DNA of 64,000 nt from Octopus vulgaris (lineage: Eukaryota): the NCBI GenBank assembly GCA_951406725.2, contig OX597821.1, forward strand, positions 54,064,001 through 54,128,000, given 5' to 3'. The notes below the pieces were generated by a model. That model saw only the letters and a list, made by a program, of their open reading frames with translations. It had not been told where the DNA came from and searched no databases. The translations under genes and the position numbers were made by a program. Below, piece by piece: positions 40,106 through 52,459 of the stretch (the stretch's first letter is position 1; each line of letters opens with the position of its first letter).

Positions 40106-41494
40106 ACAGGAATAATGGCACACTCCACCCACATGACAAATGGTATGACTTAGTCACTATAAATAGGTGAGTACGAGACAGTATGTAGCAGACAGTCAGA
40201 GATAGACATGGTTTTACAGGTTTTACTAAGTATACTGTATACCAAAGTGGGCATTATAACAATCCAACATTTTAAAGATTATAACAGTGTGAATAAGGAT
40301 TTAAACAACCCATGAGAAATTCATAAACTCAACAAGGATTTAAACAACTCATGAGGAATTAATAAACTCGACAAGTATTTTAACAGCTCACAAGGAATTA
40401 ACAACTCATGGGGGGCGGGGTTAACAAACTCACAAAAGGTTTTGTTTTGCAAATTTTACAAAAAAAAAATCATAGAATTGTGGAAAATATGTTAGCCGGT
40501 TTGCTTGAGTTGCAAAAACAGCAACTGAAAGGACAACAGCTGTAGCTACAACTACAAGAACAACAGCCAAAGCAACAACAACAACTCAAAGAAAAACAAT
40601 AGCAGCAGATACAACTGCAAAAGGAACAACAGAAGCAACAACAACAACAAGTTATAGAGCAACAAATGCTGCAATTACTGAAGTCATCATGAAAGTCAGA
40701 AAAAGTGTTCTCGACAGGCTATGCCATGAACTCCATAACAGAGTTCAAATATGAACCTGATTAAAGAGTTATCTTCGAAGCATACTACAAAAGATATGAG
40801 CAAATCTTCGAGAAAGAATGTAAAGTTTGGGAGGACAAGATGAAAACGCACTTAATCTTGAGAAAACTGGCAACATGAACATGAACGTACAGTAATTATG
40901 TTCTCCCGAGCAAACCTTCTGATATAAACTTTAGTGACACAATAGATATATTGTGTCAAATTTTCAGTGAGAAAAGCTCATTGTTCAATTTATAGAGATA
41001 AACATAGATGAGGACTACATCACATATGCTGGTTGAGTAAACAGGAAATGTGAGAAGCTTAAGTAGGAAGAATAAATGCCAGATATATTTAAATGTCTGA
41101 TTTTTACACAGGGACTTACAGCCGAAAAGGAAGCAGAAGTTAGAACTAGAATTCTTGCAAAGCTAGAACAAAACCAAGAGGCAACCCTACAACAAGTGTC
41201 AGAAGAACGTGAAAGGATAGTCAAATTAGCACATGACACAGAGGAAATCGAATGGAAAGATTGTTTCCAAGTAAAACAAGTGTGAAATAGTCAGAATAGA
41301 GATAAAGTGTTTTCTAAAAAACATGACAAAAATCAGACAATAAACCCATGTTTTGCATGTGGAGGTATACATCCAAGGAAAAATTGTCCATTGAAACAAA
41401 CTGAGTGCTTTTCTTATGGAATTATAGGATGTATAAAGATGCACTGTAGAACAAAGATGACAAAATATCAGAATAAAGGACAAAAATAAATAGT

Positions 41495-41791
41495 ATGTCA
41501 TTGGAAGCAATTGGTAATATAATGATGAGGAAATTTGTGAAGGTGAAAAACAGAAATACAAGTGTTACAATGCAGGTGGACACTGGTAGTGATATCACCA
41601 TTATAAACAAAAATAATTGGAAATATGTCAGGAAGCCGAGATTGATTAAATCAAAATGGGTAGCACATGGTGTTATGGGAAAAAGATTATATTATTTTGG
41701 TGAATTTGTATGTAATGTGATATATCAAGGTCAAACAAAAAAGGCAACGATATATGGGTTAAAAAGTTCACTTAATTCATTCGGTACATAA
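41495..41791 (+). pseudogene. Retroviral-type aspartic protease relic
   Basis: MQVDTGSDITII motif. Confidence 0.85.
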
Positions 41792-41986
41792 CTATTCAAA
41801 GTATGGAATATGCCCATGAGTATTTTGTGTGGAAATATAATTGGTTCAGTTGAAGGCTCAAAAGCGGCTGAGGGACTGAAACAAAAAATCAAAGTAAAAT
41901 AGAGTGGAACACCTGTATGCAAGCCAAACCAAAATGAAAACTCACTCACGATAAAAAGTAAACATTGTTCAAATGTAGATATTCTA

Positions 41987-42421
41987 TTGTCGAAACTACA
42001 CACCAATTTTGCTGATCCTTTAAATGATTCTTACTATATAGTGGTAGTTGATAGTTTCTCAAAATGGACAGAAATTTGTAAGTGTAAAAAACCAATCTCC
42101 TCAACTGTGATAAACTTTTTACATGAATTGCTTGCAAGATTTGACATATCAAAGAAGATAGTGTCTGACAATGGGACGCAATTTGTGTCTAGTGAATTTT
42201 ATAAATTTTGTGGAACGTTCATGGTAGAACATATAACTACAGTGCCATACCAACCCAAATCTAATGGACAGGCAGAATGCTTTGTCACTATCTTGAAGAG
42301 AGCCCTAAGAAAATTGAATAAGGAAGTCACAGGTGAGGTAGCTCTACAACAATTTTTAAGAGTGTATCGTGTGACACCAAATCTGAATACACCAGCCAGT
42401 AGCTCACCAGTCCACTGGTAA
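41987..42421 (+). pseudogene. Integrase core (rve) relic
   Basis: LHTNFADP..VVVDSFSKWTE..IVSDNGTQFVSSEF..SNGQAECFV; the first catalytic D is replaced by N. Confidence 0.9.
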
Positions 42422-43106
42422 GCTGCTGATGTTTGAAAAGAAAGTAAAATCAGTTTTTGATAAATTGCTACTTGGCAAGGAAAGAAAAAGTGCCAGGGAA
42501 GACATAGCAAGATTCTTTAAAGTTGGTGAAAAGGTGTATATGAGGTCATACAAGAATAGAAAACAGAGTTAGGAAGATGACATGATTATAAAATGTAAAG
42601 GTTAAATGATGTATTGGGTAAAAAGTAGAAAGGGCATACAAAAGAGACACAGGAGCCAACTGAAAAAGATTCATGGAAAGTGAACCAAAGTAGTTGGAGA
42701 AACTAATGGAATGGTTCTACAATACATTCCAAGTACCAACACCACTGCAGGTGACTGAACCCAGGTGTACAAGTGAGAGGAAAAGAAACTATACAGAGTT
42801 CTCGAAAATAGATATCAAGTGCAAAAAATATTAAATTGTATGGGTGTGAATAAAAAAATTATTGCTAAATAAAATGACACTTCCTAAAAAAAACTTAAAA
42901 GGGGAGGTGTAGGGAATTAGGAATAATGGTACACCCATCCCACATGACATGTAGTATGGCATAGTCACTATAAACAGGAGAGTATGAGACACTACAACAG
43001 AGTACATAGTTGGTCGTCAGAGATAGTTGTGTCTTTATTGGTTTTACTAAGTATACTGTATACTAAAGAGGGTGTTATAACAATCCAACATTTTAAGGAT
43101 ATAATA

Positions 43107-43184
43107 GAACTGTGCTGTAGGACTGAACACTGAACCATGTGGTTGGGAGGCAAACTTCTTACCAAGCAGCCATGCCTGTGCCTA
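43107..43184 (-). mobile_element. Family A SINE 5' head (other half of 39889-40105)
   Basis: ggactgaacactgaaccatgtggttgggaggcaaacttcttacca..cagccatgcctgtgcc. Confidence 0.8.
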
Positions 43185-44549
43185 TACATAACATACATTT
43201 AATACACATATTGTCATTTATCGTTTGTCTTTTACGTGTTTCAGTCATTGGACGGCAGCCATTCTGTTGCACTACCTAGTAAGGCTTAGTTGAAGAAATT
43301 GAAGCCAGTACTATATGGAGTGTCATTGAGATACTTGAAATATGACATGAGGACAACATGTTGATTTGGAGTGGTGTGAGGCCACGCTAACTCCAGTGGG
43401 AATGTAGAGCAATCAATGAAGTTGTTAAGATATACATCAATTAGATTCTGAATGTAAATTTGGAAGTGTGAGAGACACCATATGTTATAACAACAGCCTG
43501 TTTAACAACTATGAACATCTTTACTTCACAATGAATTGTTAAAAGTTCGATATTTGTGATTCCATATTAAGTGGTTTTCTTGAAGGTGTCTTGTATGTTA
43601 TTCGAGTCTCAACACAAAGGCAAAGTACAGATTGAATCACCCACCACCACACAACAATATTTTTAGATTCCCATAATATCAAACTGCATCAATCCTATAC
43701 AAACTAACTCTGAACTAAACCAGCTCTTTCAATATCCATTCATTAATTGACCTGAGAGTTTCACACCCCAAAAGGAGCTTTTGATAAGACAAATATGAGT
43801 TATATAATAACAGTTTATCTCTCCACAAATAGCCATTGCTGTGCAAATGGTAGCTATTTTAATCAAATAGGTTGCTTTTATACTTCAATTCTTGCAGAAC
43901 TAGATGCTTCAACTTTTCTATAGAAAGCTCCCCTCCTAATAAAACTTTTCAATTCTGGCACTAAGATGAAATATTCCGTGTTAACATTAGATAAACAGAA
44001 AACTATTGAATTCGAAGCTGCAACACACTAATTGAATTTCTGTGTTCGAATACCTTAGGAATATTTGTCCATTCCAGAACACTATTTTCTACATAATAAT
44101 ATAAATTCGTGTCAATAGCTTCCAAAGTAAAATACTAAGTGTCTCCACTTGAACCAATGAACTGAAACCAAATATAAGTTTATTAAATTCCTCTGTATGG
44201 ATCACTGGTATAGATTAGTGAATGGTTATTGAATATGAAATATTGAAGCAAATATTAAATGCAGGTTGCGCTGTACAAGATATCTTTTGGATATGAAGTG
44301 TCTGATATGAATATTCAGACAATCAAATATTAATTTACAAGTTGTTTTGGGAAAAAAATGCTGTAGATTTAAATGATGATATTCTACATGTTTGAATATT
44401 TCTGAAAATATGAAATAGTTGTAACTCAAAGTACATGTTAAAGGTTATTGTTTTAAAGCTAGTTTACGGAGCAACAACAGAGAATTTATTGATAGTGTTA
44501 CTCAATGTTGCAAGTAGAGTGAACATGAACTCTAATATAATTCACAAAA

Positions 44550-44813
44550 AACAACAACAACAACGGCACAGCAGCAACAACAACAGCAAGAAGAAGAAGA
44601 AGAAGAAGAAGAAGAAGAAGAAGAAGAAGAAGAAGAAGAAGAAGAAGAAGAAGAAGAAGAAGAAGAAGAAGAAAATGAAGAAGAAAAGAAGAAGAAGAAG
44701 AAGAAGAAGAAGAAGAAGAAGAAGAAGAAGAAGAAGAAGAAGAAGAAGAAGAAGAAGAAGAAGAAGATGAAGAAGAAGAAGAAGAAGAAGAAGAAGAAGA
44801 AGAAGAAGAAGAA
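44550..44813. repeat. (CAA/CAG)-(GAA)n tract
   Basis: About 225 bp of near-pure GAA; source of the poly-K/R ORF. Confidence 0.95.
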
Positions 44814-45990
44814 AATTATTTGTTATTCATGGACAATCTGTAACTATGCCAAAGATGTCAAGCAACTCAATACTTTGGTAAATACAGTCATCTTTAATCA
44901 TGGCATGAAGATGGGGTTTGGAGTTAATAGGGTCTCCTGGTAGTGAAAAGAGATGAGTATGGAAATAGTGAAGGGTTAAAATAATCAATGGACGAGGAAA
45001 TCAAGAAAGTTGACAAAGGTGAAGGAGACAAGTATCTTAGTACATTTGAAACAGATGGTATCAAAAACTGTTAGATAAAAGAAAAGTTCTCAGGAATATT
45101 TGAGTAAGGTGAGAGAAGCCTTGGAATCAAAATTTAATGGTGTAAATACTATCTTTGATATCAACTCAAGGGTCATTAGCATAACAAGGTGTGGAGGAGG
45201 TATAGTCAAATGGACGAAGGATGACCTAAAGCTCTTTGACAGAAAGACCAGAAAATTGTTAATGATATATAGAGTATTCCATTCCCAAGGAGATGTTGAT
45301 TGGCTATGTGTGAAGAGGTGTATAGGAGGACGAAGATTAACAAGTGCTGGGGATTGTGTGAATATGGGGGTTGCCAATCTCATAAAGTACATCAATGAAA
45401 GCAATGAAAAGTTAATTAAGTCAGTAAAATAGGAAAAGGAAAATATCTTTGATCATGTGAAGAAGGAAGATGTACAACATGAAAGGGAAAGGTCTTCTTG
45501 TAACGAACATTTACATAACAAATTCTTTGTAATTACAGATGAGGTCTGAGGAAATGAGAGTTAGAACTGGCAGAAAATGTGGCCTGGAAAGAGAGACTGA
45601 AGGATTGATTATGGATGTACAGAAGCAAGCATTGCAAATAAGAAACATCAGTAAAGTCAACGACAAAGAAAATATTGATAGGAAGTGTAGGATGTGTGGT
45701 GAAAGAGAAGAAACAATTGCATATATAGTTTCAGAATATCCAAAACTAACACAGAAAGAGTAAAAGAATTGGAGACATGGTAGAGAGACATGATAGAAAG
45801 GCAAACGTTGAACATTGGGAATATTATAAGAAGTACAATCTTTCTTCTCCTGAAAAGTGGTATGGCCCTAAGGTGAAGAATGAAAATATAAAGATCCTGT
45901 GGGATTGTAAATTGTAGACAGATAAGGTCATGGAACACTCTTGATCTGATATCGTTATCTTTTGAAAAGAGTCTCATGAATGGTAGATAT

Positions 45991-46049
45991 TCTTTTAGAC
46001 TTTTGTTTCAGTCATTTGACTGCAGCCATGATGGAGCACCACCTTGAGG
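45991..46049 (-). mobile_element. Family A SINE 3' tail fused to U6
   Basis: ttttgtttcagtcatttgactgcagccatgatggagcaccacctt matches the tail of 57611-57665. Confidence 0.85.
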
Positions 46050-46157
46050 AAAAAATATGGAATGCTTCACGAATTTGCATGTTATCTTTGCACAGGAGCC
46101 ATGCTAATCTTCTCACTATTATTCCAATTTTAGAATATGTACTGCCATAGCTAGTAT
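46050..46157 (-). pseudogene. U6: Full-length U6 snRNA pseudogene
   Basis: Reverse complement aligns end to end with U6 (..ggcagtacatattctaaaattggaa..gagaagattagcatggc..tgcaaattcgtgaagcattccatatttttt). The ACAGAGA box is mutated and there is no upstream promoter context. Confidence 0.93.
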
Positions 46158-46841
46158 GCTTCTTTCGATACTAGAGTGAAAGAGAAAAAACAAGAAAAGC
46201 TTGATAAGTACAATGATTTCAGATATGAGATTGGGCAGCTATGGTAATGTAAGAGAATAAAGGTAGTGCCACTTGTCATCAGTGTATTGGGCATTGCAAG
46301 CAGGAGTTTTGAAAAATTCGAGGAACATTTTGATTGCAGCATAAACTTCTCTGTTATGCAGAAAGACTATTTATTAGGTACAGCAAGAATCTTAAGAAAA
46401 GTATGAAGAGAAATGAATTGGCATAAAACCTAAGATTGAGAGATAAAAACAAACAATAACAATGAACCTTACTACTTTATGCACAAGGCCTGCAATTTAA
46501 GAGAAGGGGCCAGTCAATTACATCAATCCCAGTGCTCAACTGGTACTTATTTTATCAACCACAAATAGGTAAAACATAAAGTTGACCTTGGTGGAATTTG
46601 AACTCAGAATGTAGATAGAAGGAATACCACAAAGCATTTTTCTAGATTCATTCATGATTCTATTGATAATATTTGTTTCTGATTTTGTTCCAAGGCTAAT
46701 AATTTTGTTGAGAAAAATTTAATCACTAACATTTCACCCCAGAAGGACAGGTGAAGTTGACATTAGTGATATTTGAATTCAGACCATAAAACACTGGAAG
46801 AAACATCAAAGTATTTCGTGTCTTGTCTCAATGATTTTGCC

Positions 46842-46899
<58 letters not shown>

Positions 46900-46932
46900 T
46901 TGATAATAATGATAATAATAATAATAATAATG

Positions 46933-47002
<70 letters not shown>
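46842..47002. repeat. (AAT)n microsatellite
   Basis: Direct read. Confidence 0.95.
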
Positions 47003-47004
<2 letters not shown>

Positions 47005-47467
47005 TGGCAGAGCAGGCCCCAAAACTGCTCTGTTGGGGACAGGATTTTGAGATTGGTGATTGTGTATTGAGTATCTTCCTTGATAGTTAACATCCAAGTA
47101 CCATGTCTTATAATTTGTGGAAAGTGACATTGTGAGGCCTCTGAAAACAGGTTGCCATCTGCTCTCACAGAATCAATCAGAGCAAGTAAGACTGAGAGAT
47201 CTGAAAAGTAAAATATACTAATAATACTAACAACAATAATTACAACAATTCTTTTTAATTTTTTGGCACAAAGCCAGTAATTATAGTGCAATTGAATTTC
47301 AATTGCAATAATCCAAGTGCTCAGCTGGTACTTATTTTATTGACTCCAAAATGATAAATGGTGGTATTTAAAATTTGAATGTAAAAGAGCTGGAAGATAT
47401 GCCACATAGCATTTTGCCTGACATGCTAACAATTTTCTTAACTTGTTACTTTAACAAAAATTATAGT

Positions 47468-47699
47468 AATATGATAATCCCTCATCATATCACAGTTCAC
47501 CTATCGTGATTTATTATTTAAGCTTACATTGATTCCTCTGTGGTGTTGTTTTGTATTCATAATAAAATAAATATATAAAAATTATAAAAATGATATTAAA
47601 AAAAAATATACAGTAGAGTACTGTTTCTACTTCGCAGATTTTCACCTATCACTGGGGTTTTTTTGCAATGTAACACCTGTGATAGTCGAGGGATTCCTG
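47468..47699. mobile_element. Pogo/Tigger-type MITE, decayed
   Basis: taatccctcatcatatcacagttcacctatcg ... gatagtcgagggattcctg, with a repeated subterminal ttcacctatc motif. Confidence 0.55.
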
Positions 47700-48551
47700 C
47701 AATAATCTTTTTCCAATTAGCCACAACAGCTCATGAGATACAACAAATATAAACTTGCTTTAGGGATTACAAAGAGTTTTTAATTCAGAATTATTGGCCT
47801 TTCAACACAGGTCAAGAATCACATCTCATTCATAAGAAGTATTTTTTAGCTTGGTTTCTATGGTTGATGGCTGGCATTGCATTCAACACTAAAATTTATG
47901 CCAAAGAAATTGTGATGCACAAGTGAGACGTGCTCTTGCAAGTTGAAAGAGCATCCCCACCTCGTCTGCATTGTCAGTATATACGTTTATTCCTTCTTTT
48001 TTTTTTCACTTTACATCTATCATAAATTGAATTTTTTGTTTCTTTTACTTGGATCAATGAATTATAATATAACAGAATAATGGCAAAACATCATTCTTAT
48101 CCCAAAAGTATAGCCATCAAACTTACTGTTATATCTATTTTGCATTGCTCAACCTTACAAGCATAAGCCACTGCGGAACCTTATATGTAGGAAATATCAG
48201 TAAAATTTTCCTAAAATATAAAAAAAGCTTCTTTTTTTTTTTTTTGGCTAAATCAGATCTAAGAATGGTCTCCTAGGTTGGTGGAGATGAATTATCATTA
48301 TAAAGTTTTATAAATCTTGAAAAGATTGGCTGGTGATAATTGGAAAATTTTTAATCATAGGTATGTCAAGCCAGGGTTAACCTAGAGCTAAATGACAACA
48401 ACATTATACAGCTAAATCTTTCAGCAAATTCCACAGAGTCATTCAGACAGAAGCCTTACAGTTGGCAGCATTTATATCCACCAATATATACACACACCAA
48501 TGAGGGGTCCTGTTGATAAAATGAGTTCTTACACTTGACAACAGTCATATT

Positions 48552-48589
<38 letters not shown>

Positions 48590-48673
48590 GGCCAATGAGG
48601 AAGCTTCTTCAGAGTCAATGAACCTACTCAAAATAGTAGCTAGTCTTCTTCAGATCACCTCCCACAATATTAA

Positions 48674-48896
48674 CACTTTAGATTTCAGATTATTCTGACA
48701 AATGTAATGCTTATTAATTCACATTATCATGAATTAGCCATGCATTATCTTGTAGCCTTGAGATTTCGATGATGTGTATGTTTATTTTTAGAGTGACATA
48801 GTAGAGTAGGTGTGAGAGGAGGCCTTATCTGGTCAATTTGAACATAAAACAGGTAGAATATTTGGGCCTGATATGGCCTGTCTGTAAGCTAAAATG
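48674..48896. mobile_element. piggyBac-type MITE (family D, copy 1)
   Basis: ttaa|cactttag ... gctaaaatg|ttaa; internal similarity to 49011 and 55997. Confidence 0.75.
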
Positions 48897-49010
48897 TTAA
48901 ACAAGGAAGGACATATTGGATAATGTATCTCTCCTTACTTTTAAAAGGATAGGATGGTTAACCTGGAAGGCTTTTGATTGTTTAATCAATACATCTGTAG
49001 TGAGGGTTAA

Positions 49011-49237
49011 CCCTTTAGCATTCTGGTCTCTCTATGAATTGTACTGCTTTATTTATTTTTTATTGCTTTGAATTAATCATGAATTATCCTGTTGCTTTGA
49101 GATAGCAATGTTGTGTCTGTTTACTTTTAGAATGACATTTTAAGGTAGGTGTAAGAGGCTGGATCTGGCCAGTTTGAACAAAAAGCAAGTAAGTACAATA
49201 TTTTGGCTGGATATAATCAGTTTAAAATGCTAAAAGG
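49011..49237. mobile_element. piggyBac-type MITE (family D, copy 2)
   Basis: ttaa|ccctttagcatt ... aatgctaaaagg|ttaa. Confidence 0.85.
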
Positions 49238-50724
49238 TTAAACAACAGCAGTGCACACACGCAATAAATCCAAAATGATCCCAGAGACACCAATCAATCA
49301 ATGATCATCAATCTTCAGTTATGACACTTGAGTGTGGATTATTGGACAGAAAACAGTGAAATATTACTAGCATAAACAGAGGCACTTGTTAGAGAAAAAT
49401 TTGCATGCAATAAATCAGACATGGAATGAAAGTAGAGTAAACAGCTTCCAAAAATTTTATTAGAATTAATATCAGAGCTATCAAATTTATTAGATTTTGA
49501 TCATCATTTCAGATTAAGCATTAACAGGTCTTTAAAAGGGTCAAAGCTGTAACTTTAGAAATAACATTGCTCAAGAATTCTATTTAGCTTGTGGAAATGG
49601 TCTTTTAGAAATTTATAAAAAAGCATTTTACTATTCAATCAAATTATACTAGATTGCCAATATTAGTGACAAGTAAGCTTTACAGTTCCTATCCAATGAA
49701 AATGCTTCCAAACAAAAACTTCAACAGCTGATCAGGAAACTTAATAAGAAATAGAATAGAATTTTCTTTTTTTAATTTCTGTTACAAAAAAAGAAAGAAA
49801 CAAGAAAAGAAAAAAATACTATTTTGTTACAAGAAGCTCTGCCTGAAAACCAATTAAATTCAATGCTTGTTTTATTTTGTCTTATTTTTAACCTAGAAAT
49901 ATTAAGTGAAGACTGCATTAGCATGTTATAGTATTGTGTTACCCATGTGAAAATCTTCCATAAGGATTGAGAATTGAAATTTAAATTGAGAATTGATTTT
50001 GTTTTTAAATCAATTTCAAGCAAATATAATGAAAATACAAATTGAAAATAAAATTGCTTGGGAAAATAACAATCAGGAAGTTTTAGATATAAAGTCAAAT
50101 GCTAATTATTTTCTATTTACTATTTCGCATCTATTTTCAATGTTAATAAGGATTGGTTACTTCGTACAAATATCTAACATTTCTAAAATTAAATTTATAA
50201 AGAGATTTACGAACATCTGTTTAATGAAATAGGCCCTGTAATTATATAGTTATAAATTGAATATAAAATACTCTATACTGGTATCTCATTTAATATGAAT
50301 AATGTTTTAGCAGTTAGTATTAACTGCTGCATAATAATCCTATCGCCAAATAATCAACTGGATTAGACCTGCCATCATAATGTTGTTCTACTAAACATCA
50401 CAACATATTAATGGGTTGCTCTAAAAATTCTAATAATAACTCAGGTGAAAATGTTTCACAACACAGTGTAGCAGCTAATTACCAGAACGATTGCAGTATG
50501 GCATTTGTGTGGATGTCTATATTGTAGTTTCAAATCAAACTATTATAAGCTTTACTTTATATCAGTCAACAAAATAGCAAACTAGGGTAATAGGACTGAC
50601 AAAACTTTAAGAGTGTTGGGCAAAATGCTTTGCAGTATTTGTTCCAGCTATCTGCCCTCCGATGATGATGTCAATGATGACAGATGTACCAAGATGTATT
50701 GGCTCTTGCCTTCCCCTTGATCTA

Positions 50725-50845
50725 TACTCTTTTACTCTTTTACTTGTTTCAGTCATTTGACTGTGGCCATGCTGGAGCACCACCTTTAGTCGAGCAAATC
50801 GACCCCAGGACTTATTCTTTGTAAGCCTTTGTACTTATTCTATCC
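50725..50845 (-). mobile_element. Family A SINE 3' tail fragment (young)
   Basis: Near-identical reverse complement of 51260-51377. Confidence 0.9.
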
Positions 50846-50964
50846 TTCCCCTGTACAAAGTGAGTCTGTGTGTATATGTGTGTATGTGTGTGTGTATGTG
50901 CATGCATGCATGTGCATGTGTAAGAAAAGTATGTTATTAAAATAGATTATCTTTTACACACATA

Positions 50965-51377
50965 GGCATAGGAGTGGCTGTGTGGTAAGTAGCTTGCTTA
51001 TAAACCACATGGTTCCGGGTTCAGTCCCAATGCGTGGCACCTTGGGCAAGCATTTCCTACTATAGCCTCAGGCCGACCAAAGCCTTGAGAGTGGATTTGG
51101 TAGACGGAAACTGAAAGAAGCCCATCGTATATATGTATATGTATATATATGTATGTGTGTGTATACGTTTGTGTGTCTGTGTTTGTCCCCCTAACATTGT
51201 TTGACAAGCAATGCTGTTGTATTTACGTCCCCGTAACTTAGCGGTTTGGCAAAATAGACCGATAGAATAAGTACTAGGCTTACAAAGAATAAGTCCTGGG
51301 GTCGATTTGCTCGAATAAAGGTGGTACTCCAGCATGACTACATTAAATTACTGAAACAAGTAAAAGAGTAAAAGAGT
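50965..51377 (+). mobile_element. Family A CORE-type SINE, full length
   Basis: ggcataggagtggctgtgtggtaagtagcttgc..ggttcagtccc..caccttgggcaag..(TA/TG)n..ctgaaacaagtaaaagagtaaaagag. Confidence 0.92.
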
Positions 51378-51570
51378 ATATATTTTTAAAATCCCTGTGG
51401 ATAAATCCCAGCAATCTTAGGCTTGCCAAAACAGTGACTGATATGGGTTAAGTCTAATTTGAGCATCCGTAAGGATTTATGAGAGGTGGATGAAAAAACT
51501 TTAATCTCAAAATATTTCTTGACATAATCTTACAAGTTAGAGTTTGTATCATGAAAATTCCCAAAAATTC

Positions 51571-51751
51571 AGAAGTGGCTGTGTGGTAAGTAGCTTGCTT
51601 ACCAACCATATGATTAAGGGTTCAGTCCCACTGTGTGGCACCTTGGGCGAATATCGTCTACTATAGCCTCAGGGTGACCAAAGCCTTGTGAGTAGATTTG
51701 GTAGATGGAAACTGAAAGAAGCCTGTTGTATGTATATATATGTGTGTGTGT

Positions 51752-51792
<41 letters not shown>

Positions 51793-51997
51793 TCTCCCCA
51801 ACATCGCCTGACAACCGATGATTGTGTGTTTATGTCCCTGTAACTTAGAGGGTTCGGCAAAAGAGACTGATAGAATAAGTACTAGGCTTACAAAGAAATA
51901 AGTCCTGGGATCGATTTGCTGGACGAAAGGCGGTGCTCCAGTATGGCTGCAATCAAATGAGTAAAACAAGTAAAAGAATAAAAGAAGAAAGAATAAA
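51571..51997 (+). mobile_element. Family A CORE-type SINE, near full length
   Basis: Same head, CORE, microsatellite and tail as 50965. Confidence 0.9.
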
Positions 51998-52459
51998 TAC
52001 CAAGAACTGAAAACAGTTATGACTGGTTACATAGTGTGCTTTGATCCACAATTGATAGTGGGCCCTGTGCATGTCAGTTTTCTTTAACTTTTTGAATTTG
52101 GCTTTTGAAAGATGTCAAAAATCATTTTGAAATTATACACAGAAATAAATGACAGATTCAGACTGTCCGTACTTTGAAAATTATGATAAAACAATTTGTA
52201 TTAATGATTGATTGCAAACCTGTAAAAATAATTTTGCAAAATTTTTACATTTTAAGCCCTTCATCCCCTCCGCTTCACCTTACTCCTCCCCCACATACAT
52301 TGCAGGCCAAAACATTTTCACTTTTGACCATTGACCTTTTACAAACATTCTTTCAGAACTGCTTCAAACATTAGGAATGTTGATTACACAGAAATGCTTT
52401 CCAATTTTGCCTCATCAACTCTCCTCTGTTTCAAAAGATGCATCAAGTTGTAACCTGTA

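Larger units (their letters stand above)
40108..43106 (+). mobile_element. Gypsy/Ty3 (Mag/Cer-like) LTR retrotransposon, RT/RNaseH-deleted, pseudogenised
   Basis: Direct LTRs at 40108-40286 and 42908-43106 (TGT start on the 3' LTR); PPT ttaaaaggggagg. Gag with Q-rich N-terminus and CFACGGIHPRKNC knuckle; protease VDTGSDITII; integrase VVVDSFSKW..SDNGTQF..PYQPKSNGQAE. Confidence 0.93.
44815..46455 (+). mobile_element. R4/Dong-clade non-LTR retrotransposon (RT plus RLE), 5'-truncated, pseudogenised
   Basis: LLFMDNL (HLLFMDDLK-like), LFDRKTRKLL..GGRRL, zinc knuckle KCRMCGEREETIAYIVSEYPKLTQKE, ILWD..DIV, EKLDKYNDFR..VVPLVISVLG..LLGTARILRKV. Confidence 0.88.

Noticed and set aside
40287-40436. 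CRISPR-like array
   Set aside because: Eukaryotic context, no unique spacers and no cas genes; it is a tandem repeat inside an LTR element.
43312-44440. Possible additional Penelope relic (FKYLNDT and HIRH-like motifs on the minus strand)
   Set aside because: Motifs are weak and in the wrong order for one element; cannot be supported without an HMM search.
44435-44770. Poly-K/poly-R protamine-like ORF
   Set aside because: Pure (GAA)n microsatellite.
46050-46157. Functional U6 gene
   Set aside because: ACAGAGA box mutated, many substitutions, and the upstream sequence is LINE with no PSE/TATA.
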